A stretch of DNA of 64,000 nt from Candidatus Delongbacteria bacterium. Lineage in GTDB: Bacteria > CAIWAD01. Positions within the stretch are counted from its first letter, which is position 1. Each line of letters starts with the position of its first letter. This document shows, piece after piece, positions 38,157 to 47,954 of the stretch. The notes below the pieces were generated by a model. The model saw only the letters and a list, made by a program, of their open reading frames with translations. It searched no databases and was not told the origin of the DNA. The stretch covers positions 7,586-71,585 of the forward strand of contig JBAYTZ010000018.1 of NCBI GenBank assembly GCA_041675285.1, given 5' to 3'. The position numbers were made by a program, and so were the translations under genes.

Positions 38157-41100
38157 ATGTCCGGCGGGCAGAGCAAGGGAGACTTCGTGAGCGGCACAGG
38201 GCGGGTGATCATCGGGCTGGGGCTGGCCTGCGGGCTGGCCGGGACGGCCCACGGCCTCGTCACCGGCGTCACGCCGGCCCCGGGCTCGCGCTTAAGCCCC
38301 GGCCAGTACATCACGCTGGAATTCAGCCCTTCCATGACCCAGGCGGAGCTCAACCGCCTGGACGACCTGATCGAAATCCGCGACGAGCGGCGCGGCCGCA
38401 TGTACTGGTTCGCCGCGGGCGTGGGCAACGCGCCCTACCAGCGGGTGGTCCTGATCCCCGACGAGAACTGGGTTCCGGGCGGCGCCATCCGGCTGGAGAT
38501 GATGACCGACCCCACCATCCCGGGCGCCACGCTCCAGGCCGCCCACTTCCGCTGGCCCTTCCTCTGCGACAGCTGCGAGTGGCTGGGCGTTCGTCCCTCC
38601 TGGTCCCTGCAGCTACAGGGCGCGGCCAGCGAGGCGCTGGACGTCCTGCCATTGGACCTGGACCGCAACCGGCTGAACGACCTGGTGGTGGCGCGCCGCG
38701 AGCAGATGGTCTTCTTCCGCGTGGACACCTGCGCCTCCACGCCGCAGATCTCCGGACTGGGCGGCATGGCGCTGCCGGACTTCTCGTTGCAACGCGAGCT
38801 GCGTTCCTTAAGCCTGGGCACCAGCGCCGTGGGCGAGCTGCACCCGGGCGAGGGCCTGCTGATGCACACGGGCGGCCAGGACGAGGGCCTGCGCGTGCTG
38901 GCCCGCACCGGGCCGGACAATTCACCCGTCTTCACCCAGCTCCTGCTGGAGGACGGCACCTTCGCCGGCTCGCCGCTGCTGGCCGAGCCCATCCGTCTGG
39001 TGGGCGACCATCTCTGCCAGGATCTGCTGGTGGGCACGCGCGGCGGCGACCTGGTGCTCTTTCCCGCCGACGCGACCTGCTCGCAGATCGAGCCCGACTC
39101 CACGCGCGTCCTGTTCAGCGGCCTGGGCCAGCCCCTGGACCTGCTGGTAATCCAGGGCACGCGGCTGGCCCCCGGGGCCTTCGAGGACTTCGTGCTGGTG
39201 CTGGACGCCGCGCCGGAGCCGCTGCACTGCCTGGTCTGGAACGGCAGCACGCTCGATGAAGTCTGGACGGCGCCGCCGGATCTGGTGCAGAACCTGGAGC
39301 GCCTGGAGGCCTGGAGCGACGGCGATCCCGCCGGCCTGCCCGACCTGATCGCCTGGAACGGCGACGGCCGCGTGGTGGTGGTCTCCAACATCGATCCACA
39401 GACTCAGCAGGCGGAGATCACGGCCTGGGATTTCCCGGAGCCGCTGCGCGACGTGGAGTCGCTGCCCGACGGCCGCGTGGTCTTCGCCGGCTTCTCCACC
39501 GTGCGCTTTACTTTCGATCCCCGCACGGGCCTGACGGACACGCTCTACGCCGACCTGCCCGACGTGCCGCGCCGCCTGCGCGCCATCGACATCAACAGCG
39601 ACGGCGACCACGACCTGCTGGTGCTCTTCCAGGACGGCCGCCTGCTGGCCCACCTGGACGAGCCCGTCGGGGCGGACCGCCTGGACCTGCCCGCGTCCCT
39701 GGCCTGGAGCCGCGTGGCGGTGGGGGACACGCTGCGCGTGCCGCTCACGCTGCGCCACCGCGGGCTGGCCGGCCTGATGCGCCTGGACGTCTCGCCGCCG
39801 CCGGCGGATCCGGACTTCCCCTTCTCCTGGGACGACGTGGCGCCCCGGGACCTGGCGCCGGGCGACAGCCTGGTGCTGGAGCTGCGCGCGCACCCTGCCG
39901 TGGCGCTGGACAGCTGCTGGACCAGCGGCCAGTTCAACGTCTGGTGGAGTTTCCCGGGCTGCGTGGGCCAGAGCGGCCAGGCCGTCCTCGACCTCTGCTT
40001 GCAGGCGGGCCTGGCCACACCGCAGTTCGCGCTGGACAGCCTGGAGCTGGGCTCCGACTGCGGCGGGCACGCCCAGTGCGAGGAGAGCTGTCCCACCGGC
40101 GGGGTCTGGCTGCGCAACGGGGGCGAGGCCGATCTGCTGGTGCGCGACGCCTTCCTGGCCTCCCATCCCGACGACAGCCTGAGCGTGCCGGAGAGCTTCT
40201 GCCTGTTGGAGTGGCCCCAGGCCGCGCTGGCCCCGGGCGACAGCGCCCAGCTGCGGCTCTCCTTCTGCCCGCCCATGGACGGACCCTGGCCCTGGCGCCA
40301 GGGCGCCCTGCTAACCCTGCGCACCAACGCCGCGGGCGCGGACAGCCTGCTGCAGCTGCCCGTGCTGGGCCTGCTCACCTGTCCCTGGCCGCCCCGCTTC
40401 ACGGCGGACCTGCCGGAGATGCCGGAGGACCTGGCCGCCTGGCTGGATCTGGCGCCGCTGATCGAGGATCCCGATAACACGCTCTCGGAACTGAGCTTCA
40501 CCCTGCACGGCCTGACCGGCACGGGCAACCAGCCGGCGGACAGCCTCATGCGGCTGGACGAGCTGGACGGCCTGCGCCTGCACGTGACGCCGGGCCTGAA
40601 CGTCAATAGCGCCCTCCACCCGCAGCTGGGGCTGGACCTGGAGCTGGCCGACCCGTCTGGCAACCACACGCGTGACACACTGCTCTTCGTGATCCGGCCG
40701 GTGGACGACGCGCCCTTCTTCCTGGGCGGGCCGGACTCGCTGCTCACGGTGCGCGAGGGCCGCACCCTGCGGCTGGACTTCCAGTGGGGCGAGGTGGACG
40801 GCGACCCGCTGCTGAACGCCTTCACGCTCTACCGCGACGCGGCCCACCAGGAGCTGGTGGAGAGCACGCCTTTCAGCGGGAACGGCAGCTGGCGCTACGA
40901 GCGGGCCATCGCGCCGGGAGACTCCGCCTTGTTCAACGGTCAACTCTTTTGGGACGCGCGGCTGGCGGACCAGGTCGGGGAGCAGGGCTTCACGGCCGTG
41001 CTGGCCGGCCGCCTGCGCTTCACCAGCCGCCGGGACACGCTCAGCCTGACCGAGGACCGCGAACTGGTGTTGGACCTGGCGGACTGGCTGCTCAGCCCGG

Positions 41101-42266
41101 GCGAGGATCCGGCGGGCATGCAGTCCGAGCTGCTGGGCGTGTTCGGCACCGGGGAGCTGGCGCCGGACGAGGTGCTGGAAGTGGAGGCCCTGGACGGCCT
41201 GCTTTTCCGACTGAGCCCCGCACCGGACGTCAACCTGCGCCAAGTGCCGGGCCTGAGTCTGCTCTTCCAACTGCAGGAGGAGGGCCAGGCCGCCCGCCGT
41301 GACACATTGCGCGTGGCCATCCAGCCCGTGGAGGACGACCCGCGCCTGCTGCTGGCGCCCGCGGAGGGCACGGACCTGCCCGAGGGCGTGGAGACCCTGC
41401 TCAGCTGGGAAGTGGCGGAAGTGGACGGCGATGGGCTGGCGGGCGAGCTCCTGCTCAGCCACCATCCACTCTTCGCCGACACCCTGGCCCTGTTGCCGTT
41501 GGCCGGCGCGACCCGCCGCCTGGATCTGGCCTATCGGCCGGAGGTGGGCGACTCCCTTCGCCTGGGTGGCCGAGTGCACTGGCGCCTGGACGTGTCCGAC
41601 CTGCCGCCGGGCAGCGGCTCTCTGCACGTGCAGCGCGGGCTGGACGTCCTGCAGTCGCCCCAGCAACTTCAGCTCAACCTGCGGGCCGCGCCGCCCGCCG
41701 AAGCCCACTGGGGCGACACGCTCTCCCTGCCGGTGCGGATCTTCTCCGCCAGCGGCTATGTGGGCAGCCTGGTGCTGCGGCTGGAGCAGGACCTGCAAGA
41801 GGCCGCGCGACTGGACTGGCCCTGGCTGGACCTGGGCGCCGCGGCCACGTTGGACACCAGCCTGACCCTGGTGATGCCCCTGGACGGGACGCAGAGCTGC
41901 TGGACCCTGCGCCTCTTGCCCGGCAATCCCGCCGAGGACGAGGCCGACAATCAGCTGTCGGACTGCGTCCAGCTGACCCGCGAGCCCCTGGGTCCGGAGC
42001 AGCGGGCCTTCTCGCCCAATGGCGACGGCGTCAACGACGAGCTGCGCTTCGTGTTCAGCGCGCGGCCCGCGGCGCGCCATTACCGGGTCGAGATCTTCGA
42101 CGCCGGCGGCCGGCGGGTGGCGGCCCACAGCCTGGGCGCCGCCGAACACGCCTGGAACTGGGACGGGCGCCTGGCGGGCCGCGATCTGCTGCCCGGCGTC
42201 TACGCCTGGGTGATGCTGGACGGCGAGCACGTGCTGGCCCGCGGCCAGCTGGGGGTGGTGCGATGA
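38157..42266 (+). CDS. giant secreted adhesin-like protein with FG-GAP-type repeats and a T9SS type-B C-terminal domain
   Basis: Signal peptide. Repeated DxDxNxLNDLVV / IDINSDGDHDLLV (FG-GAP/VCBS-like). C-terminus FSPNGDGVNDELRF...WNWDGRLAGRDLLPGVYAWVMLDGE...LGVVR matches the gliding-motility CTD (type B). About 1369 aa. Confidence 0.6.
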   Translation: MSGGQSKGDFVSGTGRVIIGLGLACGLAGTAHGLVTGVTPAPGSRLSPGQYITLEFSPSMTQAELNRLDDLIEIRDERRGRMYWFAAGVGNAPYQRVVLIPDENWVPGGAIRLEMMTDPTIPGATLQAAHFRWPFLCDSCEWLGVRPSWSLQLQGAASEALDVLPLDLDRNRLNDLVVARREQMVFFRVDTCASTPQISGLGGMALPDFSLQRELRSLSLGTSAVGELHPGEGLLMHTGGQDEGLRVLARTGPDNSPVFTQLLLEDGTFAGSPLLAEPIRLVGDHLCQDLLVGTRGGDLVLFPADATCSQIEPDSTRVLFSGLGQPLDLLVIQGTRLAPGAFEDFVLVLDAAPEPLHCLVWNGSTLDEVWTAPPDLVQNLERLEAWSDGDPAGLPDLIAWNGDGRVVVVSNIDPQTQQAEITAWDFPEPLRDVESLPDGRVVFAGFSTVRFTFDPRTGLTDTLYADLPDVPRRLRAIDINSDGDHDLLVLFQDGRLLAHLDEPVGADRLDLPASLAWSRVAVGDTLRVPLTLRHRGLAGLMRLDVSPPPADPDFPFSWDDVAPRDLAPGDSLVLELRAHPAVALDSCWTSGQFNVWWSFPGCVGQSGQAVLDLCLQAGLATPQFALDSLELGSDCGGHAQCEESCPTGGVWLRNGGEADLLVRDAFLASHPDDSLSVPESFCLLEWPQAALAPGDSAQLRLSFCPPMDGPWPWRQGALLTLRTNAAGADSLLQLPVLGLLTCPWPPRFTADLPEMPEDLAAWLDLAPLIEDPDNTLSELSFTLHGLTGTGNQPADSLMRLDELDGLRLHVTPGLNVNSALHPQLGLDLELADPSGNHTRDTLLFVIRPVDDAPFFLGGPDSLLTVREGRTLRLDFQWGEVDGDPLLNAFTLYRDAAHQELVESTPFSGNGSWRYERAIAPGDSALFNGQLFWDARLADQVGEQGFTAVLAGRLRFTSRRDTLSLTEDRELVLDLADWLLSPGEDPAGMQSELLGVFGTGELAPDEVLEVEALDGLLFRLSPAPDVNLRQVPGLSLLFQLQEEGQAARRDTLRVAIQPVEDDPRLLLAPAEGTDLPEGVETLLSWEVAEVDGDGLAGELLLSHHPLFADTLALLPLAGATRRLDLAYRPEVGDSLRLGGRVHWRLDVSDLPPGSGSLHVQRGLDVLQSPQQLQLNLRAAPPAEAHWGDTLSLPVRIFSASGYVGSLVLRLEQDLQEAARLDWPWLDLGAAATLDTSLTLVMPLDGTQSCWTLRLLPGNPAEDEADNQLSDCVQLTREPLGPEQRAFSPNGDGVNDELRFVFSARPAARHYRVEIFDAGGRRVAAHSLGAAEHAWNWDGRLAGRDLLPGVYAWVMLDGEHVLARGQLGVVR

Positions 42267-43981
42267 AAACCCGACTCACCCGGCTGGCGCTGGTTCTCAC
42301 CATCGGTCTGGCGGCCCGCGCGGAAATGACCTTCACCGGTAACCCGGCCCTGCTGGGGCGGACGGACGCCATGCGGATCAATCCGGCCCTGGCGGCCTGG
42401 CGTCCGCTGGCCTTCTCGGCGGACTGGCAGCTGCTCAACGCGGGACTGGCGGGCGGCGCCGCGGCCATCGGCCAGGGCGGCTTCCAGCTGGCTGTGCCGC
42501 GGGTCAACCTGGTGCTACTGGGCGACCTGCGTGACACAGACCTGCTCAGCGAGAACGAGCTCAGCCTGGACTGGGCCGTGCGGCTGCGCAGCAACCTCTC
42601 GCTGGGCCTGGAGGCCGGCGTGCGGCGCTTCGGCTGGAACCGCGAGCGCCTGGGCGCCGACGCGCTGCAGGATCCCGTCTTCCGCGACGGCCTGGACCGT
42701 CTGCAGCCCCTGCTGGGCGCCGGGCTGTTCTGGGCGCCGCGCACGGACCTCTACGTGGGCTTGGGTCTCAAGCGCCTCAACCGGCCCAGCCTCTCCCTGG
42801 TCTCGTCGGCCCCCAAGGCCCCCGTGCGGGGCTACCTCGGCCTGGCCTGGCAGAGTCCCAGCTTGAGCCTGGGCCTGACCGTGGACAACCTGGCCAACCA
42901 GACCGTGGGCGGCGGCGCGCTGCAGGATCTGGGGAGCGAACAACGACCCAGTCTGCAGGCCGAATGGCGAGCAATGGAGACCCTCTCCGTCTACGGCGAC
43001 CTGCGCCAGGACGGGCTGGCGCTGGAGTTCGCCACCCAGCCGCTGCCGGACCACGAGCTGGCCTATCGCTGGACCGTGCCGCTGGGAGACCTGGCGGAGC
43101 GCTCTGACGGCAGCCACCGGCTGGAGTGGACCTACAGCCTGGGCGGCGCGCTGATTCCCGGCGGACCCTGGCGCGGCCAGCCCGCCCTGTTGCCCGGCGA
43201 CGAACCCCGCGAGGGCGCCCCCTGGCTGGAGGCGCTGCGGCGTCGCTGGCGGCCGGAGCGCGCGCCCCTGCTGCTGCGCAGCCCCGTGCCGCAGCTGGAG
43301 GTGGTGGAACTGCACGTGCACGTGGAGCCCGCGCTGCTGGAGCGCCTGGCCCAGGCGGGGGCGGATCCCGCGGCCCTGGCGGCCTCCGGCCTGACCTTGA
43401 ACCCCGGCAAGGCCCTGACTCCGGACCAGTCCGGCGTGGTGAACGGCACCTGGTCAGCGGCCTGGTGGCAGCTCTCGGGCTGGCTGGAGACGCTGGCCTG
43501 GGACGAGGGCGTGCGGCCCGTGATCCACGTGGGCGACCGGGTGGAGCGGCTGGACGACCTGGCCAATCTCCTGGGGGCCGAACTGGAGGAGCAGCCGCTG
43601 CCCCGGCTGCCCGAGAATGGACGTCTCACGCTGCCCGACACGCTGGCCCTGGGGCTGGAGCTGCCCGAAGAGCTGGCCCGGCTGGCGCGCTCGTGGCGGC
43701 TGGAGGCCGAGCTCCCTGGCCAGGCGCGCGTGGTGCGCGAGGGTCGGGACGCTCCGCCCCGCCGGCTGCAGCTGGCGCTGGATCCCGGCACGCTGGAGCC
43801 CGGCGAGGCCCGGCTGCACGTCACGGTGGCCGACAGTCGCGGACGCCTGCTGGCGGACCGCACCCTCGTGCTGCCCGTCCAGCTCCGCGTGAGACACGTG
43901 CACTTGAGTGAGCAGGCACCGGGAGCGGCGCTCCCGGCGGGCGTGGACCGCATCCACATCCATCTGGACGAACATGAATAG
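42263..43981 (+). CDS. PorP/SprF-family T9SS membrane protein with a ~290-aa C-terminal extension
   Basis: Signal peptide, then ...MRINPALAAW..., and an alternating beta-strand N-terminal half of about 280 aa. It is the standard neighbour of type-B CTD proteins. ATG overlaps the upstream stop. Confidence 0.5.
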   Translation: MKTRLTRLALVLTIGLAARAEMTFTGNPALLGRTDAMRINPALAAWRPLAFSADWQLLNAGLAGGAAAIGQGGFQLAVPRVNLVLLGDLRDTDLLSENELSLDWAVRLRSNLSLGLEAGVRRFGWNRERLGADALQDPVFRDGLDRLQPLLGAGLFWAPRTDLYVGLGLKRLNRPSLSLVSSAPKAPVRGYLGLAWQSPSLSLGLTVDNLANQTVGGGALQDLGSEQRPSLQAEWRAMETLSVYGDLRQDGLALEFATQPLPDHELAYRWTVPLGDLAERSDGSHRLEWTYSLGGALIPGGPWRGQPALLPGDEPREGAPWLEALRRRWRPERAPLLLRSPVPQLEVVELHVHVEPALLERLAQAGADPAALAASGLTLNPGKALTPDQSGVVNGTWSAAWWQLSGWLETLAWDEGVRPVIHVGDRVERLDDLANLLGAELEEQPLPRLPENGRLTLPDTLALGLELPEELARLARSWRLEAELPGQARVVREGRDAPPRRLQLALDPGTLEPGEARLHVTVADSRGRLLADRTLVLPVQLRVRHVHLSEQAPGAALPAGVDRIHIHLDEHE

Positions 43982-44012
43982 CGCAGTCCCAACGCAGACG
44001 AGGTCCCTGACC

Positions 44013-44744
44013 ATGCAGCAGCGAATCCGCGCCTTCCGGGCGCCCCATGCGGCGATCATCCTGACGCTGTGTTCCGTCCTGCCGGCGCTTGCCGCGGAGG
44101 GCGGGGCCGGCGACGCCGCCACCCTGCCCGTGCTGGAGATCCTGGCCATGGGCGGCTGGATCATGTGGCCCATCTACCTGACGCTGGCCGCGGGCGTAGC
44201 CCTCAGCATCTCGCGCTTCCTGATGATCCGCCTGGACCAGTCGCGCGAGAACGCCTTGCAGGACTGGAAACCCCGCGGCCGCAGCGCCGACGACGCCCTG
44301 AAGGCCATCCAGGGCATGGAGACGGGCAGCCTGTCTCAGGCGGCCGTGGACATGCTCACCCAGTTCCGCGCCACGCGCAACCCGGAGTCCATGAGCGCGC
44401 AGATCGAGCGCCACCTCACCGTGCGCCAGGACTGGTTCAAGCCCTATCAGAACTGGCTGAACTTCCTGTCCGAGAGCGCCGGCGCGCTGGGCCTGTTGGG
44501 AACCGTGCTGGGCATGTTCCAGACCTTTTTCGGCGGCACGCTGGACAAGGACAAGGTGCTCCACGGCATGGGCCTGGCGCTGATCACCACCCTGGTGGGC
44601 CTGGTGGTCAGCCTGATCCTCAACTTCGTGCTGACCCTGGTACGCAACCATTTCGACAAGAGTCTGGACCGGCAATACCAGAAGCTCACCGAGATCCGGC
44701 AGGCCATGCTGGAGGCGGGGGCCCTGGATTCCCAGCGGTCGTAG
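44013..44744 (+). CDS. exbB: MotA/TolQ/ExbB proton-channel protein
   Basis: Three TM helices. ...ESAGALGLLGTVLGMFQTF...GMGLALITTLVGLVVS is the ExbB/TolQ core. Confidence 0.75.
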   Translation: MQQRIRAFRAPHAAIILTLCSVLPALAAEGGAGDAATLPVLEILAMGGWIMWPIYLTLAAGVALSISRFLMIRLDQSRENALQDWKPRGRSADDALKAIQGMETGSLSQAAVDMLTQFRATRNPESMSAQIERHLTVRQDWFKPYQNWLNFLSESAGALGLLGTVLGMFQTFFGGTLDKDKVLHGMGLALITTLVGLVVSLILNFVLTLVRNHFDKSLDRQYQKLTEIRQAMLEAGALDSQRS

Positions 44745-44756
44745 GAGCCTGAACCC

Positions 44757-45137
44757 GTGCTGCGACTCATCGACATCGTGCTGATCCTGCTGTTCGGCTT
44801 CATCTCGATCAGCCACTTCGACAGCTCGGTCTCCGTGCAACTGCCCGAGGCCGGCCACATGCCCCGGCTGCAGGCCGAGTTCCAGAACCTGGCCGTGGTC
44901 AGCCTGAACGAGGCCGGGGCATTCGTCTGCGGCCCCGAGCGGCACCAGGTGGCCGACGCGACCGAGCTGCGCGACTGGCTGGCGGGCGAGCAGGCCGCCG
45001 GAGCCACCCAGGTGCGCCTGCGCGCCGACCGCGGCCGGCCGTCCTCGGAAGTGGCCCTGCTGCAGGAATTGTGCGGCGAGCTGGATCTGGGCCTGAGCCT
45101 GGAGATCATCCGCCGCGCCGAGGAGATTCGTCCGTGA
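44757..45137 (+). CDS. exbD: ExbD/TolR biopolymer transport protein (copy 1)
   Basis: N-terminal LRLIDIVLILLFGFISI TM helix and a ~125-aa fold. GTG start, GTAGGAG SD. Confidence 0.7.
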   Translation: MLRLIDIVLILLFGFISISHFDSSVSVQLPEAGHMPRLQAEFQNLAVVSLNEAGAFVCGPERHQVADATELRDWLAGEQAAGATQVRLRADRGRPSSEVALLQELCGELDLGLSLEIIRRAEEIRP

Positions 45138-45589
45138 CACTGATGCGCGGCTACATCACACGCCTGATCGACGTGACCCTGATCATCCTGATCGGCTTCC
45201 TCTCGGTGGCCGACCTGGATGACCGCGCCGTGCTGCCGCTGCCCGCGGGGCTGGCCGCCGTGCTGGACACGCTGGCCCGGGACGAGGCGCAACGCCGGCT
45301 GGAGATCACGGCCACGGAGGCCGGGAGCTTCCTGCTGGAGCTGTCCAGCACCACGGGCCTGAATCTGCCCCTGGGGCGCGTCAGCGGCGCCGACACCCTG
45401 CGCGCCGTGCTGACCCGACTGAAGTCCGAGCACCAGTTGGCCGGGGCGGACGTCCGCTCCTGGCCGCGCGTGCCGCTGCAGACCGCCGTGGACGCCGTGG
45501 ACGCCTGCGACCTGTGCGAGATCCCGCGCGACGTGCGCTTCCTGCCGGAGACGGGCGCGCCGGCCGCCGGGGCGGAGGCGCGGCCATGA
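45134..45589 (+). CDS. exbD: ExbD/TolR biopolymer transport protein (copy 2)
   Basis: YITRLIDVTLIILIGFLSV TM helix. GTG start overlaps the upstream stop (GTGA). Confidence 0.7.
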   Translation: MTLMRGYITRLIDVTLIILIGFLSVADLDDRAVLPLPAGLAAVLDTLARDEAQRRLEITATEAGSFLLELSSTTGLNLPLGRVSGADTLRAVLTRLKSEHQLAGADVRSWPRVPLQTAVDAVDACDLCEIPRDVRFLPETGAPAAGAEARP

Positions 45590-46452
45590 CAACCCTGGAT
45601 CTGCGCGAGCGCCAGTACCGGCTGATCGGCTGGTCCACCAGCCTGCTGGTGATGGCCCTGCTCTGGCTGCTGCTGGCCCAGCTCTCGGTGGATCGGCCCC
45701 GTCAGGGTCCGGCGCCCACCGAGGTGATGCTGAACTGGGTGCGCACCATCGTGCCCACGCCCGTGCGCGACCGGCTGCTCAAGGCGCGGGTGCGCGAGCG
45801 GACGGTGCGCCAAATCGGCCGCAGCGCTCCCCGGCCACTGTCGGTGCCGGACCGCGCGGCCCTGCGAAGCGCACCCCGGGATCCGGGCGCGCTGACGGCG
45901 GTGCCCGAGCGGCAGGGGCGCGGACTGCCCGACCTGCCCGCCCGCGGCGGCGCCCGTCCGGTCATGCCCGGCCGTGGACGACTGTTGGACGGCGGCGATG
46001 AGGTGGGCGGCTCGGGACTGAACCGCGGATCCGCAAACATGAATCTGCGCACGGAGCCGCTGGCCCGGCGTGGCGGAGGCGCCGGGGCGGGTTCGGCGCG
46101 CGGTCCGCGGGGCGAGCTGCTCTCCCTGCCGCCCCAGGAGCTGGACCCCGTGCTGGCGCGCTTCATGGGCGTGACGGCCGCCAGCCTGCCCGGCGGCACG
46201 CTCAATCTGGGCGGTCAGCCCTGGCTGGTCTGGGTGTCCGAGCAGGGCGGCCTGCTGCGCGTGCTGCTGCGGCGCGGCGACGAGTTGCGGCTATTGGTGC
46301 TGGCGGGCGCGGACCTGCAGGCCCAGTCCTTCCAGCGCGGCGAGGTCTCCCGCGCCCGGGGCGGACTGGTGGTGCAGTCCCAGCGCAGCGGGGCGGGCGA
46401 GGCCGCGGGCCTGCGCGAGGATTTGCTCAAGGCATTGGAGGATCTGGAATGA
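45586..46452 (+). CDS. membrane-anchored periplasmic protein in the TonB position; no recognisable TonB C-terminal domain
   Basis: Single N-terminal TM helix, a Pro/Arg/Gly-rich linker, and a C-terminal ~110 aa unlike TonB_C. ATGA overlaps on both sides. Confidence 0.4.
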   Translation: MTTLDLRERQYRLIGWSTSLLVMALLWLLLAQLSVDRPRQGPAPTEVMLNWVRTIVPTPVRDRLLKARVRERTVRQIGRSAPRPLSVPDRAALRSAPRDPGALTAVPERQGRGLPDLPARGGARPVMPGRGRLLDGGDEVGGSGLNRGSANMNLRTEPLARRGGGAGAGSARGPRGELLSLPPQELDPVLARFMGVTAASLPGGTLNLGGQPWLVWVSEQGGLLRVLLRRGDELRLLVLAGADLQAQSFQRGEVSRARGGLVVQSQRSGAGEAAGLREDLLKALEDLE

Positions 46453-47954
46453 ACGGTGCCGGTCGCGGGGTCCGCTGGAGTCTCCCGGCTTCCGCCCTGC
46501 TCCTCATGCTGCTGGCGCTGCCGGGAGCGACCTGGGCGCAGGAGTCGGGCGCGGCCGTGACACGCCGCGTGGATCAGATCCTGGAGGAGGGCAAGGGCCA
46601 GGTGCCCCGCGTGAGCGCCAAGCGGCGCGCGGAGGCCCGGGCCCGCCTGAACGAGGCCGCCGAGCTGCGGAAGCGCACCCAGGACCAAGCCTGGGTGGTC
46701 TGGCGGCTGGACTCGCTGCGCCGCGCGGGCGCGACGGACTCCACGGCCTGGTACGACCTCTACGACAAGGCGCTGCGCCAGATGCAGAGCACGCTCAGCC
46801 TGACCAACAACAAGTACCCGGGCGACATGTCGGCGCGCGAGCTGGGCGCCGTCAAGGAGAGCCTGCGCCGTCAAGCCGCGGAGGGCTACCGCAAGTCCCT
46901 GGGCCTGCTGGAGGACGCGCTGCGGGCCAACCCCTGGGACGACTCCGTCCTGGCGGCCATTGGCGGCGTGCTGGAGGATCTGGCGCGTCTCTACACCAGC
47001 CTGAACTTCCGCGACCGGGCCATCGAGCTGACCCAGAAGCGCCTGGCCCTGGACGCCTCCAACTACTACGCCCACTGGGATCTGGCGGACCTGCTGCGCG
47101 CCGCCGGCCGCGGTCCGGCCGCGCTGGAGCGCTACCAGAAGGCCTGCCGCGCGCTGCGGGCCTTTGCCTTTGAGGACGAGGGCGGCAGCGAGGAGCGCCC
47201 GGTGGGACGGCGGCGCCAGGACCTGGTGCTCCTTCTGCGCGAGCGGGTCTCGCTGGCCATGGAACAGCAGAACGAGGCCGAGTTCCGCCAGGCCATGGGC
47301 GAGTGGGAGCCCCTGGCGGACGCGTCCGACCAGAAGGAGCTGACCCAGCTCAAGCGCTGGCTGCAACGCGGCGGCGGGCGGCTGGGCCAGGCTCTGCGCA
47401 TCGACAAGGCCTGGAAACTCATCGAGCAGGGCCGCGAGATCGAGGCCCGCGAACTGCTCCAGCAGGCGGTGGCGGAGAGCGCCGACCCGCAGGAGAAGAC
47501 CCGCAACCTGCTGGCCCTGGGCGAGCTGGAATTCGACCAGCTGGGCATGAAGGAGGCGGGGCTGGAGCGCGTGCGCGGCCTCTTGACCGAGGGCGTGCGG
47601 GACGACAGCCTGCGCGTGGAGGCCCTGGACACCCGGGGTCGGATGACCCTATCCTTGGCGGCCGAGCTGGAAGAGGAGGATCCCCAGCGCGCCTGGGCCC
47701 TGCTTGAGGAGAGTCTGGCCGCGCCGGGACGCTGGGAGACGGCGCTCTGCCTGCGGCTGGCCGGCCTGCTGCTCAACCGGCCCGAGGCCGCGCTGCCCTG
47801 GCTGCAGCGCGCCGAGGCCGCCTGCTCGCGCGGACCCTGCGACGGCGCGGATCGCGCCGAGCTCTACCAGTTGCAGGCCGACGTGTATCGGCGGCTGGGC
47901 CGCGCCGAGGAGGCGCGCGCGGCGCTGAAGAAGGCCGGCGGAGGCACGCCATGA
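46449..47954 (+). CDS. secreted TPR-like repeat protein
   Basis: Signal peptide and repeated helical-hairpin segments. Lies in the conserved slot after exbB-exbD-exbD-tonB. Confidence 0.45.
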   Translation: MNGAGRGVRWSLPASALLLMLLALPGATWAQESGAAVTRRVDQILEEGKGQVPRVSAKRRAEARARLNEAAELRKRTQDQAWVVWRLDSLRRAGATDSTAWYDLYDKALRQMQSTLSLTNNKYPGDMSARELGAVKESLRRQAAEGYRKSLGLLEDALRANPWDDSVLAAIGGVLEDLARLYTSLNFRDRAIELTQKRLALDASNYYAHWDLADLLRAAGRGPAALERYQKACRALRAFAFEDEGGSEERPVGRRRQDLVLLLRERVSLAMEQQNEAEFRQAMGEWEPLADASDQKELTQLKRWLQRGGGRLGQALRIDKAWKLIEQGREIEARELLQQAVAESADPQEKTRNLLALGELEFDQLGMKEAGLERVRGLLTEGVRDDSLRVEALDTRGRMTLSLAAELEEEDPQRAWALLEESLAAPGRWETALCLRLAGLLLNRPEAALPWLQRAEAACSRGPCDGADRAELYQLQADVYRRLGRAEEARAALKKAGGGTP

